Both the position numbers and the translations under genes were made by a program. Positions 50,818-60,658 of a stretch of DNA of 63,893 nt are shown piece after piece (the stretch's first letter is position 1; each line of letters begins with the position of its first letter). Source of the stretch: Gammaproteobacteria bacterium (GTDB lineage: Bacteria; Pseudomonadota; Gammaproteobacteria; GCA-001735895); assembly GCA_024229615.1 (NCBI GenBank), contig JAAESG010000444.1:1-63893 (forward strand). The letters are read 5' to 3'. The notes under the pieces are model-generated. The model worked only from the letters and a program-made list of their open reading frames with translations. It had not been told where the DNA came from and made no database searches.

Positions 50818-51339
50818 CTAATTGGGCATCTGATCGAATTGCCGATACCTCTGCCAGATCAGACAGACCGCTTCGGTCAGCTCCAGGTCACCTGCTACAA
50901 CACGCGTATCCATAAGCCCGGGATTGATCCATAGGCCATCGTCGATTTCATCCGGTTGTAACACCAGAGGACCATCGAAGCCATATCGATACACCATGCA
51001 ATGTTCGTTGCCGGTGAGCACCGACGCAGCCATTTTGAACAATGGCTGAAGAGGATGATCGGCTACAATTCCCAGTTCCTCATGAATTTCACGATGGGCA
51101 CAGTCGAGGTAATCCTCACCACTATCCACGTGTCCGGCAGCCGAGGAATCCCATTTGCCTGGTTGTTCATCCTTGTTCAGCGAACGTTTCTGCAGGAATA
51201 GTTCCCCTGCGCTGTTGAAAATGAGAATATGAACCGCGCGATGCATCAAACCCTCGGCGTGAATCTGGCCGCGGGTTTTCACCGCAACGACATTGTCTTC
51301 CTCATCGACTACGTCGAGCAATTCCTGGCTGACTGACAC
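50818..51339 (-). CDS. NUDIX hydrolase
   Basis: Nudix box GHVDSGEDYLDCAHREIHEELG. I place the start at GTG 51339, which has GGAG 7 nt upstream. The TTG at 51360 is the longest alternative. Confidence 0.85.
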   Translation of the reverse strand: MSVSQELLDVVDEEDNVVAVKTRGQIHAEGLMHRAVHILIFNSAGELFLQKRSLNKDEQPGKWDSSAAGHVDSGEDYLDCAHREIHEELGIVADHPLQPLFKMAASVLTGNEHCMVYRYGFDGPLVLQPDEIDDGLWINPGLMDTRVVAGDLELTEAVCLIWQRYRQFDQMPN

Positions 51340-51485
51340 AGGCTTTCTCCGTGAGTGCAAAGATGTCGAAGTCTAACCTTGTTGATCAAAAAATCGAATT
51401 GCCTTTGCTCGATTAATGGGGAATCATTCTCCACAGGGCCTACGTCGCCGAATAACCTAACAGTCAGACTAAGCGGGAGCCGCTC

Positions 51486-52094
51486 ATCGAAACGGAATTA
51501 TTTGTTTCATTTGTAATATTTGGAATTATCGCTGCGGTCACCCCCGGGCCGAACAACGTCATGCTGACGACGACGGGATTAAACTTCGGCGTGCGACGCG
51601 GTATCCCGCATTTGCTCGGCATCTGCATCGGTTTTCCAGTGATGCTGGCGCTGATCGGCCTGGGATTCGCGACGCTGTTCCAGCTTTACCCGGTTCTGCA
51701 CGAAGCCATCAAGATCGTCGGTATCGTCTACCTGCTTTACCTGGCCTGGAAAATCGCCAGCGCCAGCGGTGGCGTCGCCGAAATCAACCAGTCGAAGCCG
51801 ATTAACTTCTGGCAGGCTGCCGCCTTTCAATGGGTCAACCCCAAGGCCTGGATTATGGGCAGCAGCGCCCTCGCCGCCTATACCTCTTTGGATGATAATT
51901 TCTTCATGCAGGTGGTAATCATCTGCGTGACCTTCACGATCATCACGTTTCCCTGTGCCGGTGTGTGGTTGGTGTTCGGGGCCGCTTTAAAACGCTTATT
52001 GAAAGATCCTGGTCACCTCAGGATCTTTAACATTGTCATGGCCCTGTTACTGGTTGCTTCGATTCTGCCGGTAGTCTGGGAGATGCTGACCTGA
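51486..52094 (+). CDS. LysE/RhtB family amino-acid exporter; the N-terminus lacks a canonical start codon
   Basis: Family homology (ELFVSFVIFGIIAAVTPGPNNVML) begins upstream of the first ATG (51561). The frame is open from 51456 with no ATG, GTG or TTG. An ATC at 51486 sits 6 nt after GGGAG. Confidence 0.6.
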   Translation: METELFVSFVIFGIIAAVTPGPNNVMLTTTGLNFGVRRGIPHLLGICIGFPVMLALIGLGFATLFQLYPVLHEAIKIVGIVYLLYLAWKIASASGGVAEINQSKPINFWQAAAFQWVNPKAWIMGSSALAAYTSLDDNFFMQVVIICVTFTIITFPCAGVWLVFGAALKRLLKDPGHLRIFNIVMALLLVASILPVVWEMLT

Positions 52095-52670
52095 ACAGCT
52101 TTGTAACAATTACCGGGGACAAGTTTGATATTAATTGAAAGTGCAGCCGATGAGACAGTTGCCGACTCGAGAGTCGACAACTATCGCTAGTGATTATTAC
52201 TGGGCAATTTCCGCATTTTTCCCGATTCGCTTCTGCCTCCACAGACCTCCAAGCCTGTGTAACTACAACCTGCGACTAGTTGCTGGCAAATTGACGCATC
52301 AGCAGATTGAAAAAGTTCCCATGTGATTCCTGTTCTTTGGCTACGCGCTGTTTTGCACTGGTTTGTTGTACCTCATATTTACGTGGGTGTTGCAGGTGAT
52401 CGCTGACAATGGATTCGACGCCCTGGGCAAACATCAAAGCGGGATTATTTGTATGAATTTGCTGGTTTCTGACTCTTCTCATTTTGGGTGCCTCGTTGTG
52501 GATTTGTTGTTTCGACGGAGTCATTCTCGCGAGCCGTCGTTAATTCCCTTGCCGAATCACGTTAAATCGCCCAAAATAATCATTAAATAATCATTAAATT
52601 TTATAAATACCTGATTTATAAGAATTTAAATGCATAAAAATATGTAAGGAGTCCGCTTCAAGGGGACCTG

Positions 52671-55600
52671 GTGTCTAAATTTGAGCTAATTTTACTGGGG
52701 CATTTTGATTGTTTGCTACCATCGGGGCAGCGAATTTCGTTATCCATGCGCAAGGCCGAAGTACTTTTGGCTTATCTGGCGCTTGTACCCGGAATCCGCC
52801 ATCCTCGTGAGCGTTTAATCAACCTGTTATGGAGCGACCGCGGCGAGGAGCAGGCTCGAAACTCTTTACGCCAATGCCTGAGCGCGATTAAAAAGTCACT
52901 GGGTGACGGTGCAGACCTGATTTTGCTGGTCGATCGAAGCGCGGTGACACTGAAGCCAGAGTTGATCGACGTCGATGTGCACGAGTTTGAACACCTCGCC
53001 GCATCGGATGATTTCGAATCCCTGACCACCGCCATCGAACTTTACCAGGGTGAATTTCTCGAGGGTATTACGTTACGCGACGTAAGCGGGCAGGAATGGC
53101 TGGATAGCCAACGCGGCCGATTCAAACACCAGTTCATCGAAGTATTGCTGAACCTGACGCAAACGCAGCTACTCAGCCACGATTTCAATACCGCGATAAA
53201 ATCTTCCGAACGCCTCGTCAAACAGGATCCATTGGGAGAGTCGGGCTGGCGCCTGTTGATGCGCAGTTACTTCGAAAATGGAGATCGCAGCCATGCCTTA
53301 CAGGCTTACAAACGTTGCCAGAATGTATTGCGTGACGAGCTCGATGTCGACCCGGAAGCCGAAACCGCGCAGTTGCGCGATCGGATCGCAAATGGCGGAA
53401 CCAGTCCCACACCGAAAGCAGTACCAAAAAAAGCTTCGGTCGATACCCCGCCGACAACCGATCACAGTATCGCTGTGTTACCGTTTGACAATCTCTCCGG
53501 TGACCCCGAGCAGGAATATTTCAGTGACGGCATCACCGACAGCATTATCCTGAACCTGTCACGATTTCGAGGACTGCAGGTTAAGTCCCGCAATTCCAGT
53601 TTTGCATTCAAGCAACAAATCAAGAACCTCGGTGAAATTTACAGAGAACTCAATGTCGACTACATCGTCGAGGGCAGTATCCGCAAATCGCCGGAGCGTA
53701 TCCGCATCATGGTGCAATTACTCGAAGCCGGGAGTGGCAACCAAATCTGGGGTAAACGTTACGATGCTGAAATCGAAAATCTGTTTGACCTCGAAGAAGA
53801 ACTGAGCCGTAGTATCGCCGCGACAGTGACAGGTCAGATCAAATCTGACTTGCAACGCATCGCGATTTCCAAGGGCGCTGCACATCAACAGGCCTATGAC
53901 TTGCTGCTACAGGGAATTTATCACAGTAATATAAGTACCCCACAAGATTGTGCAGTCGCAATCGAAAAGCTGAATCAGTGCCTGGCTTTGGATGCGAACA
54001 ACGCGCTGGCCCATGCAACACTTTACTCATGCCACGAGATGAACTGGATCGATCGCTGGGCATCGAATTTCGAAGCTTCCCGAAAACTGTGCGAAGTACA
54101 TGCAACAAAAGCACTCGAGCTGAATCCCGAGCTGGGCCAGGTTCAGGTGGTTTATGCCGAGCACCTGATTTTTAACCGTGATTACGACGAGGCCGAGGCC
54201 CACCTGAAAAAAGCGCTCGGAATTAATCCGAACGATTCCGAGGCCATCGCCGCCCTGGCGCTAAATCTGAGCTGTCAGGGGAAATTCAAAGCGGCCCTGG
54301 AACAGGCCAGGCTCGCGATACGACTCGACCCCTATCACACCTGGGCCAGGTGGATTTTGACTGAAGCCCAGTTTTTTTGCAGACAATACGAGGAGGCGCT
54401 GGACACTATTGCCGAGACTGGCAACCCACCCGGCTTTCTCCAGATATACAAGATTGCTGCCAATATCAGCCTTGACCGCATGGACGCGGCACGCGAGATA
54501 CTGAAGAACTTTCTCCACAACTGCCGTAATAGTATGTTGTCAATGCCGCGAGATATCGACGAATGGCTGGCTTACTCTCGCGACAATGCACCTTTCGCCA
54601 ACCCCGGGTTTAATCAGGAAATTATTGATTACCTGGTGCAGGCCGGGCTCGAGGATCATTTGACGGCCTCGCAACAGCAGGATGATTCAAGCCTACAACC
54701 GAGTATCCTGGTATTGCCATTCAGCAATCTGTCCGGCGATCCGGAACAGGAATATTTCAGCGACGGCATCAGCGAAAGTATTATCCTGAATTTGAGCTCG
54801 TTCAGCGGCCTCGAGGTTAAATCGCGCCATACCAGCTTTGCCTTCAAGGACAACTCCAAAAGTATTGCCGATATTGCTGCTGAGCTCGACGTGCAATTCT
54901 TCGTCGAAGGCAGCGTGCGCAAGCGCGACGAGCAAGTACGCATCACCGTGCAACTCGGGGATACCGCTAGCGGTAATCAGATATGGGGCAAGCGTTTTGA
55001 TGCAGCCCTGGACGAACTGTTTTCGCTCGAAGAAGAACTGGTGCAAACCATTGCCGGTACCATCAGTGGCCGCATCGATCATGAAATCAAAACCACATCG
55101 ATACAGAAACCGGCCAAAAATCTAAAAAGCTACGATTACCTGATGCGAGGCTGGTATCACGGCGAACGCTTTACCCCGGAAGATACCTTCGCCGCCGTTG
55201 ATCAATTCAATCGATGCCTCGAGATCGACCCTAATAATGTCGAAGCACATACGATGTTATCGGCGGTTACCAATGTCCTGCTTTACGAAAACTGGACCGA
55301 TGATCGGCAGCAAGCGAAATCCATCGCTAAAAAACACATCTTCAAAGCGCTGGAACTCGAGCCAAATCATGCGCTCGTACATGCTTTCATGGCAGAGCAC
55401 TACCTGTTTGCGAAAGATTTCGAGAAATCCATGTTTCACGCCAATAAAGCGATCGAACTCAATCCGGCTCTGCCCGACGGATATTCATACAAAGCCTACG
55501 TCCTGAGTGTCACCGGAAACACCGGGGAAGCCTTCCCGGTTGCCGAAATCAGCATGCAAATAGATCCCTATCATTACTATATGGGCTGGAACGCCGGCGA

Positions 55601-58310
55601 GGTCTACCGGAACGCGGGTCAATTCGAACGCGCCATCGATGCATTTCGTTCGATTCCGTTACTACCGGCCAGCATCCTGGCTGAAATTGCTACCTGCCAG
55701 CTCGGACTCGGCCAGCTCGACGAAGCCAAATCCACGATGGCCGAGTATCGTCGGATTGCGCGGCAACAGATGCCCAATTTCCCGACCTCCGTCGAAGCCT
55801 GGCGCTCACTATGGGATGAAAACGAGCCCTTCGAATCAAGCCAGGACTTCGATGCCTTCTTTGATCTATTGCTGCAGGCAGGATTGTGCAACGACATTGA
55901 CTCACAGGATGACATACCCTCAATCGCGGTATTACCGTTTGAAAACATGAGCGGCGATCCGCAACAGGAATATTTCAGCGACGGCATTACCGCAAGCATT
56001 ATTCTGAGCCTCGGGCTGTTTCACGGCATCGGCGTGAAATCCCAAAAATCCAGCTTCGCCTTCAAGCAGAGTTCCCTGTCTTCGGTGCAAATCGCCGACG
56101 AGTTGAAAGCCGACTATCTGGTCGAGGGCAGCATTCGTAAATCATCTAGCAGGGTTCGTGTTTCGGTGCAACTCATCGAATCGGCTAGTGGGAATCAAAT
56201 CTGGGGTAAGCAGTACGACGCCGAACTGGAGGACATCCTCGAACTGGAGCAGGAACTCAGTCAATCCATCGCCGCGACGATTAGTGGTCGCCTTGGTCAC
56301 AAGATTCAACAGTCAGCGGTACGAAAACCCGCAAAAGACATGAAGAGTTATGACTACCTGATGCGTGGCCTTTACCATTTTGGCCTGTTCACCTGCGAGG
56401 ACATGGTGATCGCCAGGGAGCAGATCCACAAATGCATCGACATCGATCCCGATAACGCAATCGCCCACACCAACCTCGCAGTCGCTTACGACGTAGAACT
56501 TCTCGAAAACTGGGCTTCGGACCGTAATCTGGCTGAAAATCTGGCAGGCAGACACTTCGAGATTGCACTGCAGCTGGAACCCGACGACGCCCTGACCCAC
56601 GCTTACCTGACGGAGCATCTGATCTTTCTGGGTGACTTTGAAAAAGCCGAGTTTCATGCCGACAGGGCAATTGAATTGAATCCCACCGCATCGGAAGGAT
56701 ACGTGGCCAAAGCCGATCTGCTCAGTTATAGCAGACGAGCAGACGAGGCAATCCACTATGCAGACCAGTGTCTGCAACTCGATCCGCATAGCGTTGGCTC
56801 GGGCTGGGTCGCGGGGGACGTGTATCGAAATTCAGGCCAGTACCGAAAAGCGATAAAAACCTTCCGTTCGATTTCGCATCCACCGCCGAGTATACAAGGA
56901 CTGATTGCAGTCTCGTTTGTACAACTCGAATTGCTCGAGGAAGCGCGAACTGAAATGAAGCTGTATCAAAAACTGGCAAAACAGCAAATGCCCAAATACC
57001 CGAGCAATACCGAGGAATGGCGTCAACTTTGGGGGCAAAGCGCTCATTATTTATTCCGCGATGACTTCAATGCCTTTTTCACTCAGCTGTTACAAGCGGG
57101 ACTATGCGATGATCTTGAGGATGCGGATAGTGATCTGCCTTCGATTGCGGTACTGCCGTTTGAAAACATGAGTGGCGACCCGGAGCAGGCGCATTTCAGC
57201 GACGGCATTACCACCGACATCATTGCAACCTTGTCCAGGTTCAATCACATACGCACGGTCTCGCGTTACTCGATCTTGCAATATAAAGACCAGCACGTAT
57301 CGATCCCCGAGATCGCACAACAACAAAATGTACGCTATATCCTCGAAGGCAGCGTGCGCAAGAGCGGCGACAGCATTCGGGTCAGTGCCGAATTAATCGA
57401 CTCAAAGGATCAAAAAATATGCTGGAGCGAGCGTTTCGATCGCGATCTCAATGATCTTTTCAAGGTTCAGGACGAGATTACCATGAGCATCGCGCTGGCG
57501 ATGAAAGTGCATCTCGATGACGGTGACATGGCCTTGCATCGATCGATCGGCACTACCAACGTCAGGGCCTGGGAACTGGTGATGGCGGCGGTCGATCTGC
57601 AGGACACTTATATCAGGGAGAGTATTATCGAATCGCGCGGCATGGCGAGACAGGCTATCGAACTCGATTCCGGCTACGCCTACGCGTGGGTTTGTCTCGC
57701 CTGGACTTACTGGCAAGAAATATATTGCGGCTGGAGCGATTCGATCGAAGCGGGGATGAATGAAGCGACCCAGGCCAATCAGCAGGCGCACGAGATCAAC
57801 CCGGAATACTCTGAAGCCTGGAGCCAGGCTGCCCTAATCCACATGATGAATCACGATGCGAATAAAACGATTGCGGCCTGCAGCAAGGCGATCGAGCTCG
57901 AACCCGGCAATGCCGAAGTACAGGCATTAATGGCCTTTTGTCTGATCTTTACCGGCGACTATGAGCAGGCGCGAATGTATAATCGAGGTATGTTGAAGCT
58001 GTGCCCGGTGTTACCCAACTGGTATTACCTGATTGACGGCCAGATCGAGCAACTTGCCGGAGATCTAGTTTCAGCCATCGATACTTTCAAACAGGGTGTT
58101 GCGATCGAACCGGATTCTCCACTGTGCCGGTTTTATCTGATTCACGCACTGATGCAACAGGGCGACGAAGTCGCAGCGAAAACGCTGGCGCAGGAAATCA
58201 GGGTGCTCGACAAGAATGTGACCGGCAAAGGACTGGTGCGGGCATTTTCGATGGATGAGGGTTTGCGCAAACAATTCCAGGTCCATTTGGAAAAGTTTGA
58301 CCTGTACTAG
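52671..58310 (+). CDS. Giant SARP/BTAD-type transcriptional regulator with four tandem TolB-N-like plus TPR sensor modules
   Basis: 1879 aa with a GTG start (GGGGA 5 nt upstream). The N-terminus is a winged helix plus BTAD domain (LYQGEFLEG...DPLGESGWRLLMRSYFENGDRSHALQAYKRC). Four modules begin at aa 266, 678, 1084 and 1491. Each opens with SI(A/L)VLPF.N.SGDP(E/Q)Q.(Y/H)FSDGI, followed by EGS(I/V)RK...(I/V)R(I/V) and TPR repeats. No obvious TM segment is present. Confidence 0.85.
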   Translation: MSKFELILLGHFDCLLPSGQRISLSMRKAEVLLAYLALVPGIRHPRERLINLLWSDRGEEQARNSLRQCLSAIKKSLGDGADLILLVDRSAVTLKPELIDVDVHEFEHLAASDDFESLTTAIELYQGEFLEGITLRDVSGQEWLDSQRGRFKHQFIEVLLNLTQTQLLSHDFNTAIKSSERLVKQDPLGESGWRLLMRSYFENGDRSHALQAYKRCQNVLRDELDVDPEAETAQLRDRIANGGTSPTPKAVPKKASVDTPPTTDHSIAVLPFDNLSGDPEQEYFSDGITDSIILNLSRFRGLQVKSRNSSFAFKQQIKNLGEIYRELNVDYIVEGSIRKSPERIRIMVQLLEAGSGNQIWGKRYDAEIENLFDLEEELSRSIAATVTGQIKSDLQRIAISKGAAHQQAYDLLLQGIYHSNISTPQDCAVAIEKLNQCLALDANNALAHATLYSCHEMNWIDRWASNFEASRKLCEVHATKALELNPELGQVQVVYAEHLIFNRDYDEAEAHLKKALGINPNDSEAIAALALNLSCQGKFKAALEQARLAIRLDPYHTWARWILTEAQFFCRQYEEALDTIAETGNPPGFLQIYKIAANISLDRMDAAREILKNFLHNCRNSMLSMPRDIDEWLAYSRDNAPFANPGFNQEIIDYLVQAGLEDHLTASQQQDDSSLQPSILVLPFSNLSGDPEQEYFSDGISESIILNLSSFSGLEVKSRHTSFAFKDNSKSIADIAAELDVQFFVEGSVRKRDEQVRITVQLGDTASGNQIWGKRFDAALDELFSLEEELVQTIAGTISGRIDHEIKTTSIQKPAKNLKSYDYLMRGWYHGERFTPEDTFAAVDQFNRCLEIDPNNVEAHTMLSAVTNVLLYENWTDDRQQAKSIAKKHIFKALELEPNHALVHAFMAEHYLFAKDFEKSMFHANKAIELNPALPDGYSYKAYVLSVTGNTGEAFPVAEISMQIDPYHYYMGWNAGEVYRNAGQFERAIDAFRSIPLLPASILAEIATCQLGLGQLDEAKSTMAEYRRIARQQMPNFPTSVEAWRSLWDENEPFESSQDFDAFFDLLLQAGLCNDIDSQDDIPSIAVLPFENMSGDPQQEYFSDGITASIILSLGLFHGIGVKSQKSSFAFKQSSLSSVQIADELKADYLVEGSIRKSSSRVRVSVQLIESASGNQIWGKQYDAELEDILELEQELSQSIAATISGRLGHKIQQSAVRKPAKDMKSYDYLMRGLYHFGLFTCEDMVIAREQIHKCIDIDPDNAIAHTNLAVAYDVELLENWASDRNLAENLAGRHFEIALQLEPDDALTHAYLTEHLIFLGDFEKAEFHADRAIELNPTASEGYVAKADLLSYSRRADEAIHYADQCLQLDPHSVGSGWVAGDVYRNSGQYRKAIKTFRSISHPPPSIQGLIAVSFVQLELLEEARTEMKLYQKLAKQQMPKYPSNTEEWRQLWGQSAHYLFRDDFNAFFTQLLQAGLCDDLEDADSDLPSIAVLPFENMSGDPEQAHFSDGITTDIIATLSRFNHIRTVSRYSILQYKDQHVSIPEIAQQQNVRYILEGSVRKSGDSIRVSAELIDSKDQKICWSERFDRDLNDLFKVQDEITMSIALAMKVHLDDGDMALHRSIGTTNVRAWELVMAAVDLQDTYIRESIIESRGMARQAIELDSGYAYAWVCLAWTYWQEIYCGWSDSIEAGMNEATQANQQAHEINPEYSEAWSQAALIHMMNHDANKTIAACSKAIELEPGNAEVQALMAFCLIFTGDYEQARMYNRGMLKLCPVLPNWYYLIDGQIEQLAGDLVSAIDTFKQGVAIEPDSPLCRFYLIHALMQQGDEVAAKTLAQEIRVLDKNVTGKGLVRAFSMDEGLRKQFQVHLEKFDLY
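53466..58307 (+). repeat. Four in-frame tandem coding modules of about 1.2 kb inside the giant regulator gene
   Basis: Module starts lie at nt 53466, 54702, 55920 and 57141, with periods of 1236, 1218 and 1221 nt. Modules 2 and 3 align over their whole length at protein level (KSYDYLMRG, AIELNP, QAGLC.D...PSIAVLPFENMSGDP). The nucleotide sequences have clearly diverged. Confidence 0.85.
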
Positions 58311-59821
58311 CCTTTGTGAACCGGTCCCAACGGTTCCAGACGCACACCGGCGCGCAGATTCTTATACTCAAGATCAGCCAGTTTGCAGGGATGAATACCC
58401 GGCGCGATGACGACCAGTGTCTCGGTTGCAATCGGGTCGAAGTCGGCGCGAAAATGGACCGTACTTTTGACCGCAACGATTTTCTGCGCAGACGGTTCGA
58501 TGCCAAGATGACGGATCATCGCCTGATCGAGGCACTGTGAACGCGAGCTACCGACGACTATACGCACTTCGGAATGGTCATCAACCACTCGTAATAACGC
58601 CATCTTCCCCAGCTGCGCCTTCGAATTCAGATTCATCGCACCGGTGTAAGTGAAACGACCGTCACCGAGGGCTTCCACTGCATATTGCGCCGGGTAAGGC
58701 TCGATTCCGGGCAGGTCGGATTTCCCGCCCAACGCGGTATCGAGCACCGCGCCAACACCCGCCGCATGCGCCATGTTAGCCACTTGCGGGTCGTAGATGA
58801 CCGCGATCACCGCCTGGCGCGCGCCGTTTCGCACCATCGCTTGCAGCAATCCGGTCGTATCCGAGGTACCGCCGGCGCCCGGGTTATCCTGTGCATCTGC
58901 AAGCACCACCGGTTTGTCAGAAGTATTGGCCATCGCACGTGCTACGGCGGCATCGGGCTCGAGCAATTCGAAATTGAAGTCGGCTTCGGCCGTCAGCACC
59001 TGTTGATAAATTTGCTCGGCAGCCGCCTCGACTGCATCGACATTGTCCCCATAAGCGACGACCGCAGCGCCACATTCCTCGATATCGGCGGGCGGAAAAC
59101 CGGTCGCGAAGTCGACATTGGTCAATCCTGACCGGGTGCTCAACTCCGCCACGGCCTGGTAAACGGATTTACAGGGATCGAAATCGGTACACTGCGAAGA
59201 CAAGGGGAACAGGAAGGGAATTTTTCGCATCGCCTTATGCGACGGAGAGCCGGACAGAATCGTGTAGAGCAAACCACAGGCACGTGCGCCCGTCGCGGCC
59301 ATGTCGAGATGCGGGTAAGTTCGATAAATCGCCATCGCATCGCTACATGCCACCATGCCCTCGGTAACATTGGCGTGCAGGTCGAGACTGATCACGATCG
59401 GCAAATCGGGCCCGACAAGCTCCCGTACGTGCCGCAATAGTTCGCCTTCGCCATCTTCGAGATGTTCCACCACCATGGCACCGTGCAAATCGAGATAGAT
59501 AGCATCCACCGATTGCATATCGCGCAAACCGTTAATGAATACTTCCACAACTCTTTCAAACGCGTCTCGCGTCACGTAACTGCTCGGCTCAGCGGAACAC
59601 CAGCATAACGGATGCAGTCGATAGCCAGCCTGTTGCGCACCGTCGATGAATCCGGACAAGGGTATATTAAGACCGCTCATGGTTTCGAACAGACTCTCCC
59701 CGACCGTCAAACCGGGCCAGCTGTCGGCGCGCTCAAAAGCCTCGAAAGGCGCCAGGTGCGGTGCAAATGTATTGGTTTCGTGTTGAAACCCGCCAACGGC
59801 GATCAATTTTCTATCAGGCAT
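58307..59821 (-). CDS. M81 family metallopeptidase (MlrC-like)
   Basis: 504 aa. The N-terminal KLIAVGGFQHETNTFAP matches the MlrC N-domain hallmark. Its stop overlaps the giant regulator's stop in the 4-nt sequence CTAG. Confidence 0.8.
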   Translation of the reverse strand: MPDRKLIAVGGFQHETNTFAPHLAPFEAFERADSWPGLTVGESLFETMSGLNIPLSGFIDGAQQAGYRLHPLCWCSAEPSSYVTRDAFERVVEVFINGLRDMQSVDAIYLDLHGAMVVEHLEDGEGELLRHVRELVGPDLPIVISLDLHANVTEGMVACSDAMAIYRTYPHLDMAATGARACGLLYTILSGSPSHKAMRKIPFLFPLSSQCTDFDPCKSVYQAVAELSTRSGLTNVDFATGFPPADIEECGAAVVAYGDNVDAVEAAAEQIYQQVLTAEADFNFELLEPDAAVARAMANTSDKPVVLADAQDNPGAGGTSDTTGLLQAMVRNGARQAVIAVIYDPQVANMAHAAGVGAVLDTALGGKSDLPGIEPYPAQYAVEALGDGRFTYTGAMNLNSKAQLGKMALLRVVDDHSEVRIVVGSSRSQCLDQAMIRHLGIEPSAQKIVAVKSTVHFRADFDPIATETLVVIAPGIHPCKLADLEYKNLRAGVRLEPLGPVHKG

Positions 59822-59830
59822 TGGTAGCTC

Positions 59831-60658
59831 TCAGTTTCCCACCCGGGTTAGTAGTGCTTCGGCATTACGGTATGCGATATTCTCGGCCAGCAGGGGCGGT
59901 AGTTGCGTCAACCAACCGCGCACCCAGTCGGCATACTCGGAGACATAAAACCAGCGCTCAGGCGTATAGGTATCCGTACCGAGTAAAAAACGGGCCGGGA
60001 AAGCCTCGAACAAACTGCGCCAGCGATCCTCGATCGTACCCTGAAAAGCGAATTCTTCACGAAACGACAGATCGGCCCACAGGTTCGGGTAGCGATCCAT
60101 TGCCGCAGCAATAGTCTCTGGAGATTCAAATCCGGCATGTGCCCACAGCACCAGCGCGTCGGGATGCGCACGAAAAATCCGCTGTAGCGCATCCATGTCG
60201 ACATGCGCGTGAAGAAAAAGGTTGTACTGCTGTGCCAGCGCCAGCAAATGCTGGGGCACGGGTAGTTCGATTTGTTCACCATCGGCATGAAACTCACCGA
60301 TACCGGCATAGCGATGGGCTTCCAGTCTGTCCGACAGCATCCCCTTCACGGAATCGTCGTGTATCCAGCTCGAAAGTTCGCCACGTTTACGGTACGGCCG
60401 CAACACCGGCACCACCAGATCCGGCGCACTGCGATAGAGCTTTTGCGTACCCTCATCGCTCGAGCTCGATACCAGTGCCTTTTTTATTCCGGCGCGGCGT
60501 AATAGTTCGACGGCAGCCTCGGGGGAAAGAACTTCCCAGGCATCGTGGCTATAGTGAATATGTGCATCGATCAGGGGTAATTCTTCGGCAATAGCAGAGA
60601 CAGCGTGTCCTGCTAACACTATGGTTGTCAAAAGCAATAATTTAAATCTCGTTGGCAT
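59831..60658 (-). CDS. Exported amidohydrolase-fold (TIM-barrel metal-dependent hydrolase) protein
   Basis: 275 aa with a signal peptide (LLLLTTIVLAGHAVSA), an N-terminal metal motif IDAHIHY, and later HAHVD / WAHAG / GTD residues. Confidence 0.75.
   Translation of the reverse strand: MPTRFKLLLLTTIVLAGHAVSAIAEELPLIDAHIHYSHDAWEVLSPEAAVELLRRAGIKKALVSSSSDEGTQKLYRSAPDLVVPVLRPYRKRGELSSWIHDDSVKGMLSDRLEAHRYAGIGEFHADGEQIELPVPQHLLALAQQYNLFLHAHVDMDALQRIFRAHPDALVLWAHAGFESPETIAAAMDRYPNLWADLSFREEFAFQGTIEDRWRSLFEAFPARFLLGTDTYTPERWFYVSEYADWVRGWLTQLPPLLAENIAYRNAEALLTRVGN

Noticed and set aside
52276-52524. 82-aa minus-strand ORF (and an overlapping 75-aa plus-strand ORF) upstream of the giant regulator
   Set aside because: It lies in an AT-rich promoter-like region, has a weak ribosome-binding site and shows no family resemblance. 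It cannot be supported as a gene from sequence alone and is left unannotated.
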